Assembly: GCF_024521635.1 (NCBI RefSeq)
Contig: NW_026250433.1
Coordinates: forward strand, 62,001 to 126,000
From: Tricharina praecox
Lineage: Eukaryota
Direction: 5' to 3'
DNA: 64,000 bases
Under the pieces are notes generated by a model. It saw nothing but the letters and a program-made list of their open reading frames with translations, was not told where the DNA came from and searched no databases. Position numbers and translations under genes: made by a program. This document shows positions 49,689 through 63,542 of the stretch, piece by piece. Each line of letters begins with the position of its first letter. The first letter of the stretch is position 1.

Positions 49689-51896
49689 TTGTCGGGCTGC
49701 GTGCTTTTTTGTTGTGTTATCGTTGTTATTGTTGTTGTTGTCGTCTAGGCGGGGGTGGAGAGTAGAAGTTGTTCGGGAGAACCGGCGATACGGAGGGGAG
49801 GAGGCCACGAAGTGACGGACAAAGGTAGGAGATAAAATGTAATAAAGTGGGAGATAAATTTGGGTGGGCGCCTTTGAGGGTGATGTTAAGTGGGCTGGAT
49901 CCTGGCACGCAAATCAAGTGGCAGGCAGGCGTTGGAGGAGTGGTATAATGGGAGTTGAGCGAAGGCGAGTGGAGGGAGAATTGGGGATAGGCACGTAGGT
50001 AGGCTTTAGGTAACCTTCGCCTTGCAGGATTCCAGGAAGGAGCCGAGAACAGCGGCCGGGGGAGAGGCTAAATGAACCGCGATCCACCAACGCCACACAG
50101 CACATGCAAGCCCCCACCACTACCGGCCGTATTGAGAACTCGGAGGCAACGCTTTAGGACGGATTGACGCTTTCGGCCCGCTGCGTGTGCAACAAATTTT
50201 ACGGGTTTGCTGTTTCGGTGGCAGAAGCGGCTCGACAGAAGCGCTGGACGAGTATCCGAAGAAAGTATGTGCTCTAGATGGCGACTGCAGGGCGGCCCGG
50301 GTCTCCGGGGTTGGTGGTGTGGGTGGTGGTGGCGACGGTGGTGGTGGTGGTATACCGTGTTGGTAGTTGTTATTGTTATTGTTGTTGTTGTGGTGGTGGT
50401 GGTGGTGGTAGAGGTGGAGGTGGGCGATGGCGGTTGTGATGGTGGTTGACGGTAGTGGTAGTTAAGGGCGTGTGTGGCCTGGGCGAACCCTCTCGTGGCT
50501 GGAGACGAAGGCTGAAGCGGGTGGGCCAGGGAAGGCAGGCAGACAGACAGGCGACCCACAACGGGGAATTGGAAGAGGGAAAGCTCTGCACAGTACTTGG
50601 AGTACTGTCGAAGGGGTTTATGCAGCCAAGTAAGCAAATAAATGGGTACTTGAGTTGCTTGTAGAGAAAGGATGTGTGGTAGTAGAGGGGCACACGGTAG
50701 CTAAGGGAGCTGGTGTGAGGTATCAACGTAGGAAGCAGAGAAAAGAACGAAAGAAGCGCCTTCTGGCTTCATATGTTGATGGGTTATTGGGTATCTAGGG
50801 CCGGCGAATCGAACGACAAACTGTACCAGGCCAGTAGGTACTCTGGGTAGGCAAATAGAGTACGTAAGAAGTGCTTGGGTATGTACCCGCGATCAGTTCC
50901 GAGCCGGGTAGGATGTATGCCGTCACTCTCCAGAGCACAGACCAAAAAAGACGGACGGGCGGGCAGGCGGGCGAACGTCTGTTTCTCCTCCTTTCAATCG
51001 GTTATTGGGGTTGCACGCAGCCCGAGTTTTCCGCGTGGCCGCCGGCGTGTCACCAACTTCCTTGGGAATCGATTGACGCCGCTGGACGAACGCAGCGAGC
51101 GAGAGCGGGCGAGCACGAGGCTACGCCCTCCTCTTCGGGCTTTGTATGTAGAGTAGACCTTGGCTACTCTCTCTGCCTGGCGTCTCGCTCTCCGTCCGGC
51201 GTCTCCTTGCTCCTCTCCGTCCAGCGTCTCCCTTGTTCTTCTCCGTCCGGCGTCTTCCTTGCTCCCTCTCCCTCTCCCTCTCCCTCCTCCCTCGCTGCCT
51301 CCATCCCCAATCCCCTCTCCTCCTCCCTCGTTCTCGCCTGGCCTTTCCCCCTCCTTCTCCCCCTCCTCCTCCTCCTCCCCTCTCCTCTGCGCGCATGCGT
51401 GGATCGCTAGATGGCGGCAGAGCGACACACACTTGACACACACATCCACTAGCTCGCCGAATCACCGCCGAAACGACAGCCAGCCAACCGAGCCATCCTC
51501 AGTCACGTTCCACCGCCCTAGATGCACCACTCAGCGGCTCAGCTGTGTCTTGGTAGCGAATAATTCCTTTTTTACTTCCGCTCTTGAACACAGCTACATG
51601 TGCTCTTCGCAATGCCTGTCTCCCCCAACCACTGCTGTGCCTCGCTCTGGCAAGCGACACCCCCTCTGTACGCATCCTCTGCAATCATCGCGAGTCTTTT
51701 TTTTTTTGCCAACAGCCAGTCGAAGATGCGACGCGCGCCTGCGGTGTGGCCTCCTTGCTTTTGGCTTCGCTGTACGCTGAATTAGGGATGCCGCCCGTAA
51801 CGTTACAGTAACGTAATGTCACGTATCTAATGTTATGTTATATTACAGTAAAGCATGAGTCGTGACGGTAACGTTACTGCCAAGGCGCTAGTAGTA

Positions 51897-51935
51897 ATGG
51901 CTGATGGTGGCTGATGGTGGCTGATGGTGGCTGAT
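51897..51935. repeat. (TGGCTGATGG) x4 decamer repeat
   Basis: Directly visible. Confidence 0.85.
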
Positions 51936-54900
51936 AGCGGCTGGTGGTGCCTGTCCGGCCATGGCGGAGTCACGCGGATGGCGCAGTGTGGGTGGCGTGG
52001 TGTGGCGTGTGGCCAGCTTGGCAGTAACTAATCCGGCATCCCTACGCTGAATGTCCACGGTGCCACGCCACGCCCATGTTTTCGCCTCGTTGAAAACACT
52101 CCGTCCTCCCACCGAGGCAGCAAAATGATGAAAAAATAAAATAAAAAGAATGGAAAAGAAGAAAAAAAAGTATCGCGCGTTAGCCCCCTACGGCATCAAT
52201 TGCTGCCGATCAACGGATGGTGGAATCGCCGGAGCTTCAATGAGGCTCGTTTGCCCTGATCCGTGCTGATGCTCGAAACACTCTCCTTTTGGGACGCCGA
52301 GCTGTCTCCCTTTCCCTCTGCGCCATCTCGAATGTTCCGCCTTTCTTCTTCGTCTTCTTCTCCTTCTTCGCCACCTTTCTTTCTTCTTCCCCTCTTCCCC
52401 ACCTTCTTCTCCCTCGGTCTCCGCCCCCTCGCCCCCGCCCGCCCCCTCGCCGCCGCGGCCGATCGTCCGCCCGTGATCGCCAAGGACGATGTTTCCTTCC
52501 GTCTGCATCGCCCCCCCCGCTCGCATGGCGCGTGGAAGGCGCCTGGGCTGCTTGCTCCCCTCACCCCGCCCCTGCCCTCAATGTCTGCTCCATACTCTAC
52601 TTGACCCTCAACTTTACATGCTCCTCAAACCCGATGTACGCACGCAGCAGAATAATCCCATATATATATCGATCGGGTCGCCGGCTGTATCACACCAAAT
52701 CTGCGGCGGATGTTTTGCGGAACGCTGATGGTTGGTGCACATGGGCATGGCGAAAAACAAGGCTTGTCCCTGCAACGGGCCAATCAGCTGCAATTTGCCG
52801 TCGCACCCTACAGTGCAGAGAAGTGGGGTGATCACTCTCTCTGGGAAATAGCCGATCGCGGGCGGCGATTCTGCTGGTGAGCGATGGCGGCCGGCCGGCC
52901 AGCCAGGTAGAGCAGGTATGTGAGCACTGGTACACTACATGGTTTAGGCGAGCTTTCTCGGCCTGCACCGCTGCGGCGTCGGCAGGCGCTCAGAAGGCGG
53001 CGTGCCCACGGTCGAAATCTGGAACCCCACTCTGCCCCCCGCTAGACCCGTTGGGCTGAAGGGAAATGTGGAAATGTGGCTTTTCGTGCTGTCGTCAGAA
53101 GCCATCCGCTTATCCAGTCGACACTCGGCCAATGGGCAATCCCAAAGGGCCCCATCCCGAAGTGGTTTAACCGGGCGATGCACCTGCCAACGTGGACTTG
53201 GATCCCAGATTAAATGTGTGAGATGTACTTTAGGCGTGAGTACCTACCAGATCGATATTGTGATCATGCCATACCCGCATAAAGGGGATGGATTGATTGT
53301 GTGGTGAATTCCGGTGACGGGAATAGCATAAGAGATTGAGTTGTTACCGACATTGCGGAGGAGACACAATGCCGGGACAACCATGGTCGGCAGAGTACCT
53401 AGAGCTATGGTAGTACACATACCACGCCAACACCCTCCCCGTCCCAGGCTCCCACCCCCACCCCCACCCCCACCCCCCCACCCTCCAAATGAACCCCCTC
53501 CCGCCTCCCAAACGAACTCCCCGAGTTTCCGCGGTGTCAACCTCCTCTTCTCGGGAGCAAGCCTGAACCGCATCCGCCCATCATCCTTGGCCCGCTCACG
53601 GACGACCAAGTGACTTCCAAGCCACCTCCCCCCCTCCCCTCACATCTGACGGTCCACCGGTCTGACGGTTGCACTGGGTTGCTGGCTGCTGCGAGCTCGG
53701 GTACGTCAGACATCCAACCAGATTGCCGAATCCACCCGCACCCCCCACGAACCGCGGCCGCCATCGAGAACCCGATCCGGCCAGCGTCGCCCACCACCAC
53801 CAACACAATCAGCTGGCGATTCGCGGCAGGCGGCATCTTCCGGCCGGTCCGAATGGGAACTGAACTGAACTGAACGCTACGCAAACTCTCCGGATCGCTC
53901 GCCGTCCGTCCTCCTGCCCCCACACCTCCTCTCTCTTCTCCCCCCACTGGATGCAATAGTAACGGTAGTCAGCGCCGAGTAATACCGGTATTCACATCCA
54001 CATTCACATTCACACTCATTTCCTCGCTTTTATTTTCGCCCAACCCTTGATATCTCTCTCTCCAGCTCGTCCGCTACCAGTACCGCACGCGGCTCGTTCC
54101 GCGTCTACCAAATTCATCGTTAAAGCTGCAACACCAAGTCGCCGGTAACTGGGGGTCACAGCGATGCGCTATGTACGGTAGGCGGAGATGAGCGATATAG
54201 TTACCCACCTTGGCCTTAGACTGGTGGTTGGTCTGGCTGGTACACGTAGTGTACTTACAATACTTTAGCATGATACCTACTACACAGTCCTCCTCAAGTA
54301 CATAGCATATCTAGCACTACTCTAGATTCCGGGGTATTGTAGATAGACTCGCAATGCGGATCGAAGTGTTACATACCTACCCCCTCCCCCTCTCCTCCTC
54401 CCAACCGCAGGATACCATCATGTGACAGGGAGCTGTCTCTATTGCCTACTCACTCTCGCTGTCCGTCCGTCACTGGACTAAACTATGACTTCTTCTTCTT
54501 CTCGGGCTGATGGATTGTGGATTGCCATTGGGGACTGGGGACTGGGACGAACTCACTTATTCATGCCGCTCGGAAGCTGATCAAGCTGATCAAGCTGATC
54601 CTAAATCTCACGGGATCTAGCGAATCGTTAAGTGTTGCTTGCTGCATGGCATGGGCAATCGCCAACGATAGGCCACCCCCCTCGCTCGCTTCGCCCCCTC
54701 CCCCGCCTCCCCGCCTCCCCGCCTCGGCCGTGTTCTATTGGATGGGTACATAGGACTCAGGAGGGAGGGGGGGGGGGGGGGGGGGGGGGTTAAGTGCGTG
54801 CGTGGTGCGTATTCGTCCGTCCACGAGAAAAACATATTCTTCCAGTGTGTATGTGAGTAGAGTACTAAGCTCGAGTCTGCATCCAGAGTCTGGACTGGAC

Positions 54901-57383
54901 TCATGGGGTATCCACAGTACTGCGAAAGGGAGTGCCGGCATCGTCGCCGCCGGCGAGGGCTCTTTTGCCATCCATAGGCAACCACCAGCGTGCGTGCGTC
55001 GAGACTCGAGTTCCAATGTGCCATCCATCGTGGACGAAGGAGAGGATCTAGAATCTGGACCCTGCGTGGGCAGTGAAGCAGACCTGTCGTGCAGTGAGTG
55101 CACTTTACTTTGCTTTACTTTACTTCACCACTCTGCCGTAGCTACTAGTCGCTGCCCACCGCTCGGACTCGAGGAGAGCACTTCTTTCCAATGACTCACC
55201 TCACCGTCCAACCATATTTCGTCCGTCGTGAGCGGACAGCGGACCGCAGGTCTTCTCCTTCTTACCGGTCGACGTCGACTTCGACTTCGAATCCGACCTC
55301 CGACCGTGCAAATCGATGTCCACTGGGTACTCTTACCACAGCGAGCAAAACACACCACTCAATGCGCGTTGCGCCTATACGATACGAGTACGGTGCCCTC
55401 CCAACCGATCCTCTACGCACGCATGGTCCAGACCGAATGACGGATTCCCCTACACACCCTACCCTAGATACCCAGAACAGGAGCCCGTCTTGACGCAGCT
55501 GCACGAAACACTGTTTCCAGACGTGCATGCGCGCTATCTACATACATACACTTGCGAGCGAGCTCTCTCAACAGCAGCAGCAACAACCCCCTTGCCCCCC
55601 CAAACTCCAACAACAACTCCAACAACTCCTTTGCCAAATCACCGCTCGTTTGAATGGGGGGATGGCAGAGGAGTGCGAAATCAGTGCGAAAGCAAAAGTC
55701 AGGCCACCCAGACGTCATTCATATCATATGGACCCTTTGGTAATCCCCGTATCGCACATACATAGCGTGCTACCTGCCTTTGCATCTCCAGCCCAAAATC
55801 TCTTCTACCAACCTACTCTGGGTAGTGACGTTGCTCTACCGCGCCTGCCCCCAGGCCATAGATGGTCAAAGTGATCGGCAGTCTCTACCGCACCGTACTA
55901 TATGTGCATGCACCGTCACAAAGCGTCCGGCTGGCTGGCTACTCTACCTGTGTATGTGTGTATGCGAGGACGCGGTGTCTGTCTCGGTCTCGTCTCGCAC
56001 ATACGCGGTATCTATCACTGGCTTGCTATTAGCTTCAAGGATAGAGGCTGCGCCGAATGCAAACAAGCAAACAACCGGATAACATGGCCCATAGGCCGAA
56101 GGGAACGAGTGCGGATCAGGACTTATCACTCGATCACACCTCCTCGGGTGAAAGTTGAAACAGTAGCTGGCCAATCGCGAATTGTACAGGACAGGATAGC
56201 CGGATGGAGAGGGAAAACGCAACTCATAGCGAGCTCTCCCTCCCCCTCCCCCTCCCGCCCTTCGAACGCAGGGCTGGAACGGTGGGCAGTGGGGAAGATC
56301 CGGATCCGCAGGTTGCAATGGCCATGATCATGATCTACTACCTACGGGTATACTACCTAGTGCTGCATAGTGCTAAACATAGTAGGAGGAATGCTATAGT
56401 GATACATATGATGATTAAGCGAATCGCTTCTTACAAATCCTCTCCTCCCGCCGATCTTATCCCCCGAAAACCCCGTCCCACATACCTACATCTACAGACT
56501 ACGGGAAACCCACTGCCATTGGACTTCTAGACAACGTACGTACCGGGTTGCGGCGGGTGCATGTCGGACTCCGGAGGGTGCGTCTCGGACTCTGGACTCC
56601 GAAGATATTGGCCGGCTCCCCTACGATGGGTAACGTGCTACTGCCACTCCCTCCTCGCCCAGAGCCCAGAGCCAGTTCATCCGGAAGGGAAGGGAATGTG
56701 CCAATGTGGGAAGTGGGGGGTCTTGTACGCTGCACGCTGTAGGCTGCATTCTCACAGTCCCCGTCTTCGCTCGCTCGCTCGCTCGCTCGCTTTCAGCCCT
56801 ACATACACACCAGTATCTCACCTCTGTGGATACGAGCTGGCATGGGAATTCCGTGGTCGTTGTCGTGGTCGTGGTCGGGGGAGGTGGGTATGGTAGGTAT
56901 ATGTGCGGCTGGAGCGCTGAGAACCCGAGGTGCTCGGAGGCCTGAAGGGCAGAGGTGAAGGGCATATGTGTAGTAGTGTAGCAAATTGGATGGGATGAAT
57001 ACTATTGTGCAGTATCGGGCATGGTGAATGATGATGATATCTGTATGTACGGCTCTTCATCCAAGCAAGTGCACGCTCGTGCAATCGTGCGAAGTCGTAT
57101 CCATCACGCCGAATGGTACTATGTGCAGCCAATCTTGGTCCGATAGGTACCATGGCAAGGTGAATGATTCGGAGGTCCGATTACTTTTGGACAGGAAGCG
57201 AGAGTGCAGACGACCAGATGGCTGGATCATAGATGATCCAGTTAGTTAGAGGAGAGGAGAGGAGAGGATAGGAGAGTCGGTTTACCCATCACAATCCACG
57301 ATTCACGATTCACGGTGGGCGGTGGGCAGTGGGCGGTGGGCGTTGCATTTTTTTTCTTTGCGATCATTTTTAGCTTGAGCGGG

Positions 57384-57425
57384 TTGGAACTTGGAACTTG
57401 GAACTTGGAACTTGGAACTTCGAAC
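57384..57425. repeat. (TTGGAAC) x6 heptamer repeat
   Basis: Directly visible; the last unit has one mismatch. Confidence 0.85.
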
Positions 57426-59713
57426 ACATTACTCTACATACCACGGGATGGGGTGGGAGTAGTGAGCACCATGAATGAGAACTTGAGTTGAGTTGAGTTA
57501 AGTTGAATTGAGTTGAAATGCCATGCCACTGACTCAGGTGGGGATGCAATGCACCCCGTCTCGTTTCGTTCCATTCTGTGGCGTACCGTGCTTATGCACC
57601 TGCTGCCACCCCCTCTTTGAACTGCGACTGCGACTGCGATTGTGATTCTGATTATGAAAGCACAGACTCGGCGGTATACCCGCGTTACCTATGCAGAACA
57701 CCGCGGTCCGCAACGCGTTTCCTATGCACGCCCGTCTTCCTCGTTGCTCTGTTGGACACTTTGCCCCCCCTCCCCCAATCCCGTCCCCCCAATCCCATCC
57801 CTTTGACCTACCCATCTTTCTCGATAGTACGGTAGGATCCGCTCCACACTACCCGGCTCAGCATGAGATCTCTTCTAGTTATCGGTCAATAGGGACTCCA
57901 CTGCCTACATCCAGTACGGTACGGTATGTAGTCCGCTCAGTATCACGATCATGTCCTCGACGACCGACCGACCGACCGATCCCCCTTCTCGAGGGGCCGG
58001 GGCCTTGATGGTATGCTCCTAATTACCTAGTCTTGTTGATGTATGTATCCATTACTGACGACAAGAAGAAGATCCGAAGGCCTTATGCCCTTCCGTGGCG
58101 TAACTGCGTTTACGAAGTCTGCATGGGCGTTTATCCTCCACTCCCGGTTTTGGAACGGCCACCCCACGGTCCCCGCCAGGACTGGCATGCTCTGGGTACT
58201 GTGAACCTAGAATCACCGGTGTCCGGTTGCGGAATCAAGTACGGTACCTTCAATAGGTAGCAGCGCAAGTGGTCAACGCAGACAATTGGGGCCTTCATAT
58301 TCAATGGCTTTCGTCCGAACGTGCCACCGACGGAGCCCAATCACCAAATTAAGAACTATTTTAACGCGCGGCGAGGCCTCAAGAATCGTCAATGCAGCCT
58401 GCCGGACATCAACGATTGCTTCATGCTGCGTCGGGCCGAGGTTCCACGACTGCACGTGGACTTTCCGAAGCGAGCATGATGGTACCTAGAGGGGGGATAC
58501 GAATGATGGCAGCGTGCAATAACGAAGGGAAGATTTATGCTGACACCGTTCGTCCTCGTAAGGACCAGTCATGTTGGAGATGTCGCTTCTCAATGGCACA
58601 CCGTCTTTCAGATTATCAACCGGAGGAATCTTTGCCATCTCGAGTCTCGACCGGCCATCCATAGCTCAACGATTATGTCGCTATTGCATAGGTATCACAC
58701 CACTTCCGCGCCGAGGTATACAACATTTGTTGGTTCAATTCTGTTGGATCAAAGGTTCACAGCTCGGTGTGCACAGTGCAGGTGCTCCCCGACTGCTGGT
58801 TTTCCTGTTCCCGGCCAGCCTGTAGTTGGTCCCGGCTGGCACTGGCACTGGCACCTTGCAGGATTTGCCGGTCAGGCGAGAAGGATCACCAATTCAGATC
58901 CTGATTTGCACGTCGAGATTTTCAGACTTTACTTTTGCGTCTCCTTATCGGTGCATTTCTTGTTATGTAACTCAGAACCCACCGCCGAATCTCTCACCCT
59001 CGGCTGAATCTCTCACCTCGCAGGTGAAAGAATCCCCACGTCTCCCAAACCAAACGCTCCCTGTACCTATGCCAAAAATTCCGCCCTATCATGTTTCCCC
59101 ATGCATAAATTATAATCCCGTCGCTTGATGGATGGATGGATACGAGGACATCGGTACGTCGTCGCGCGTCGAATACACCCCTAACCCGCACCAGATCGCG
59201 ACACACTCGACGCGCCCTCGGCCGATCCCCGATCCCACCGACACCGACACCATTCCTCCTCCCTCCCTTGCTTGCTGGCTTGCTGGCTGGCTTGCTGGCT
59301 GGCTTGCCTCACGTACCGGCTCTACCTGTGAACCTTATGGATGGGGGCGGGTGGGGAGTAGAGTATTCGACATCTCCACTAAAATAGGTTTTTTTCTCTT
59401 TCCCTTTGGAAAGGGAAAACCACCAGGAACTTACATTTCACTCGCTGTATCGCGCGATGATTTTGGTATTCCCTTTTGTGGTAGTGCACGAGACTCCAGG
59501 TATCGTACCCATCGAAGCGGAAGTACAAACCGAGGGAGTCATGTCTATCACTCGCCTTCGCAGGGGGCACTCTACCTACCGCCTCTACCATGCTCTACCG
59601 TATACTAGACGTTACTCTACTCTAGCTACCGAACCTCGTATCGCGCCTCCCTCCTGCTCTACCGGCACTTGGATACTCGATGTGTACCGTACCGGAATCT
59701 ACACCTATGACCT

Positions 59714-59777
59714 CCCCAACCCAATCCCCCCCAACCCAATCCCCCCCAACCCAATCACTCCCAACCTAATCCCCCCC
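59714..59777. repeat. 15-bp minisatellite (CCCCAACCCAATCCC) x4
   Basis: Directly visible; G-run rich on the minus strand. Confidence 0.8.
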
Positions 59778-62622
59778 TATCTGTAAGCTGTAACCCACCT
59801 TATCGTGCCCGCGCGCGATGTGCTGGCACGATTTGGGGGTTGGTCTGATCGGATGTTTCTGGGTATGCAACAGTCGTACGAGTTTTTCTCTGTGAGGCGT
59901 CGGCGTGGGCGGGGCGGCAGTAAGAAAAAACGGACGGATGTGGTGGTGGGATTGCAGGGGTGGCTCTATGGCTTGGTTAGTTGCTAGTGGCCGTCCGTGA
60001 ACCCTGGACAACGACGGGTGCTGAGAGCTAGCGGCGGTTGTTGCCGGACGCGGGGCGGGGAGCGCGACGGGCGACGGGGTGACTAATTAGTGCTTCATGT
60101 AGCGACAGCATGGATGGGTGCCGGGTGATGCGGCGTGACGAGTGAGGAGTGGCGAGTGACGGACTGGGTAAGTGCTATGTACCGGTAGCAGACTGTGGCA
60201 GTTTGTTGGGTGGGCCATCCAGGTTCCCAACTTCCCATATCGCCGTTCGTAACTTGCGCGACTGGATTTCCCGCTGAAGATCTTGTCGCTCCCCTCCTCT
60301 CTTGCAAATATTCTTACTGTATAGGTAGAATACCTCGGCGATCAGCATGTACTATCGTACATACCACCCCCTAATACCACCCCTAATACCACTCCTACAT
60401 ATGTAACACCCCCTCGTTCTCGCTCACGCTGGGGCGGACGAGATCCGCGGAAAGCGTTGATGTGCATCCCGGCGAGCGAGCGTTTTCGGCCGGCCGCTAG
60501 TTCGTTGGAGCGAGCGAGCGAGCGAGCGAACGCCATGATCTTCAGAAATGGTCGGGACATCTGACAGACAGACTGATTGACACATCGCGCTCGTGAGAGA
60601 GACGGTGAGAGCGAGACGTTGAGAGAGCATGTGCCGGAGTTAGTCCTGTTGGAGGAGGGGGGGAATCTGGTCTGCTGTCCTGTCGAAGATCACTTCCTGC
60701 AGAGTAATACCATCAACGGTGCAGCAACCCCCCCTCCCCGGGGAGGCCGTGGAATGCATAGAATACCGTATATACGTGAGTGCTTATTTGGGCACTGCTG
60801 CAGCGGCGATCGTGACTGCCGGCTTTCACGTTTCAACCACAATCGAACCGCTAGCCGGCGCGAAGTTCGAACGAGCTGTGGTGATTGTCGAGACTCGAGG
60901 GCTGTCTGTCTGGGTGTCGCCTGGCTACTCGAGAATAACTACCGTACGCACGCACGCAGTGGCAGCGGTCGAGGGATTGATTGAGCACCGCAACTTCCAC
61001 TGCACCCAGTACTGCGATCCTGGCTCTGGCCTGGCTGTCCCTCGGACCTGGTGTAGCACACGGGACGGGACTAGCCCAGTATGTAAAAGGCACCGTATCG
61101 GAGCTTCATTTCCTCTTTATGTGCTCTACTCTTGCTTGGGGGACTTAGCTTACATACTTCAAACCTACGGCCGCAGACGTCTCGGCGTCCGGACGGTGCA
61201 GGACAGGGCGAGTTACGTACATACGTAGCAGGCCGAGTGCATACAATGTATGTACCTAAGACCCATCCGGCAGGTTCTTCTTCTGAGACCGATCCCGCGA
61301 GAGGCTCGTGTATCGTGCTCTCTCTCTCTCGCAGGCAGGCAGGAACTAGCCCTATGTATGTACCGCACATACTCTACACACCTATGATAGGGTACCCTTC
61401 CACCGGGGGGGGAGAGGGGGGGGGGGGGGGGAGGGGGGAGGTAGCATAGGCATGATGCATCTCCCTCCCAGGCCCTGGCCGCCCCGCCCGGACATGGCCC
61501 TCCGTCCATAGTCCAGAGTCCAGCCGAGACCGCACGTCCATCCATCTGGTTCCCGGGCCGTACATGTGTACTCTACTTATCCGGCGGTGAGCCGGCGACC
61601 GCTCGTCCGGCCGTCCGTATGTCCGCTTGTCCGTCCGACAGTCCGACAGTCCGACAGTCCGCTGTTGCCCCGGAGCATGCCCCGGAGCAACCACCCGCTC
61701 TCTGTGGCTGTCTCTCTTTAGCGTCCCGCCGCCGCCGGATAGTCGGAACGTTGGCCACCAGCTCGTCCGGCGCAGGTTTGCGGCCCGCCGCGGGGCTGGA
61801 GGTCCGCTCGGCACAAATATCCGTTCGAATGGTATATGTACTATAGGTACGCGTTGAGGACACCGTGGTCCTCCCTCCCCCGCCCATCCCTCCTGCTCGA
61901 ACAGCGCCGGTATGCCACACGCTCGGTGTTTCGAGACGCGATGATACGCGATGGCACGCTGTGATTCCAGCGGAGGGGCAGCGCAGTGCGGTAACTAGGA
62001 AGAGGACAGAGGAGGAGAGCGGCGACGCTGGATTTCGAGTAGGCTCTCCGGTCGGGTGGTATGAACGTCCCCGATGCCACTCCTGGTGGGTGGGCTGCTG
62101 TAATGGGTCTTGCAAGAGATGTGCTGGGAACGACTCGGAGCAGCGAGTGAGTGAGACGGTATGCACGATTCACAACCGTCGAGATGGTCCCGCGATACTC
62201 CGCTACGGTAGGTAGCTATTTCGGATGCATCTGCTTGCTGGCCTCTGTCATAGCGATCGTTGATCATGTTGCGTCCTTTCATCTATGTATGATACCGTTA
62301 CTTGGGCTAGCCGCTGGCGAACGTCACTAGCCTGAGCTTTCTTGGTGCTCTGCGTACCAGCACCTCACCACCGATAACAAGATAGCACTCGCCAGGGCAG
62401 TTCCTCCAAGGCCCAGACCAATTCCCCCCATTCGAGACCACCTTAACAACCTTCTCAGTATGATACTTTTGTTTTCTTCGTTGGAGCATAGACCGGACTG
62501 GCCGCTGTCCTGACTACCGGTAACCCCCACCACCTACATACTTAGTCAAGCCATGATGGTATAAACCTTCGTGTATGTACACATTGAGCTCATGGCGACG
62601 GTGGAGCAGCATACACTTCAAA

Positions 62623-62733
62623 GTTCCAACCCGGTTCCAACCCGGTTCCAACCTGGTTCCAACCCAGCTCCAACCCGGTTCCAAGTTCCAACCCGATTCC
62701 AACCCAGCTCCAATCCGGTTCCAACCCAATTCC
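62623..62733. repeat. 11-bp minisatellite (TTCCAACCCGG) ~x10
   Basis: Directly visible, with degenerate units. Confidence 0.85.
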
Positions 62734-63542
62734 GATCCTCGTTCCGAATGACATCCCATGATTGGGCGGAACTTGGAACCATCAGACCAACAAACAGCCG
62801 AAGCAGCTCCCTTCCCCGTAGGTTGCCGGCCGGTTTACAACACCTATTCCGCCCAGAAATCCAGGATCGTTGCTGGGAAGGACACGAACGAACGGAATAC
62901 GATGGATGGCCGGCGGACGGGCACTGCTGTGGTAACTGCGGTCTCCTCTCCAGGCGTGACTCGGCGCTGCCGGACTGCGAGCTGGATCATCGCTATTGCG
63001 TGGGCGAGGATCGATTCAGCAACCCCCCACCCCTACTACCCCCCCACGCCAATGAAGGAGGTACTGCACTGCGTAGATATCGCCCTGGAGGATGGAGGAC
63101 GGTGCCGTGGTGGGGATTGGTAATTATATGTATGCTGTTCCCCATCCAGCCAGCACACTCTGATACATTTAGCTACGTATCATACAACCCCCGCCCCTTC
63201 CATCTCGAGCTCACAGCAAAAAAAACGGGCTCCCGGGGTAGGTCCGTCCCACGATGACGACGAGGCGTAGTCGAACAGTCACTGCCGCAGAGTGAGCGAG
63301 ATCGGTGAGGAATGACATCTTACCCGGATGGTAAAGCTATGTACCAGCGAAGCATCGTATTCAGGTCCCGGGAATGAATGAATCGAAACAAACAATGCAG
63401 GCTTCATATTCCCTGTTGTAATATTCCAGAAACATCCAACGACGACAAGCTACTCGTGAGGGGGTAATCGTGTCCAATTGGGTATCGTATCAAACGCCAT
63501 GCGAAAAGTCATATATACAAACCCTATTTCTCTCAAATCTAT

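Noticed and set aside
62571..63257. 228-aa ORF
   Set aside because: Its length is driven by the 11-bp minisatellite; no recognisable domain or codon bias.
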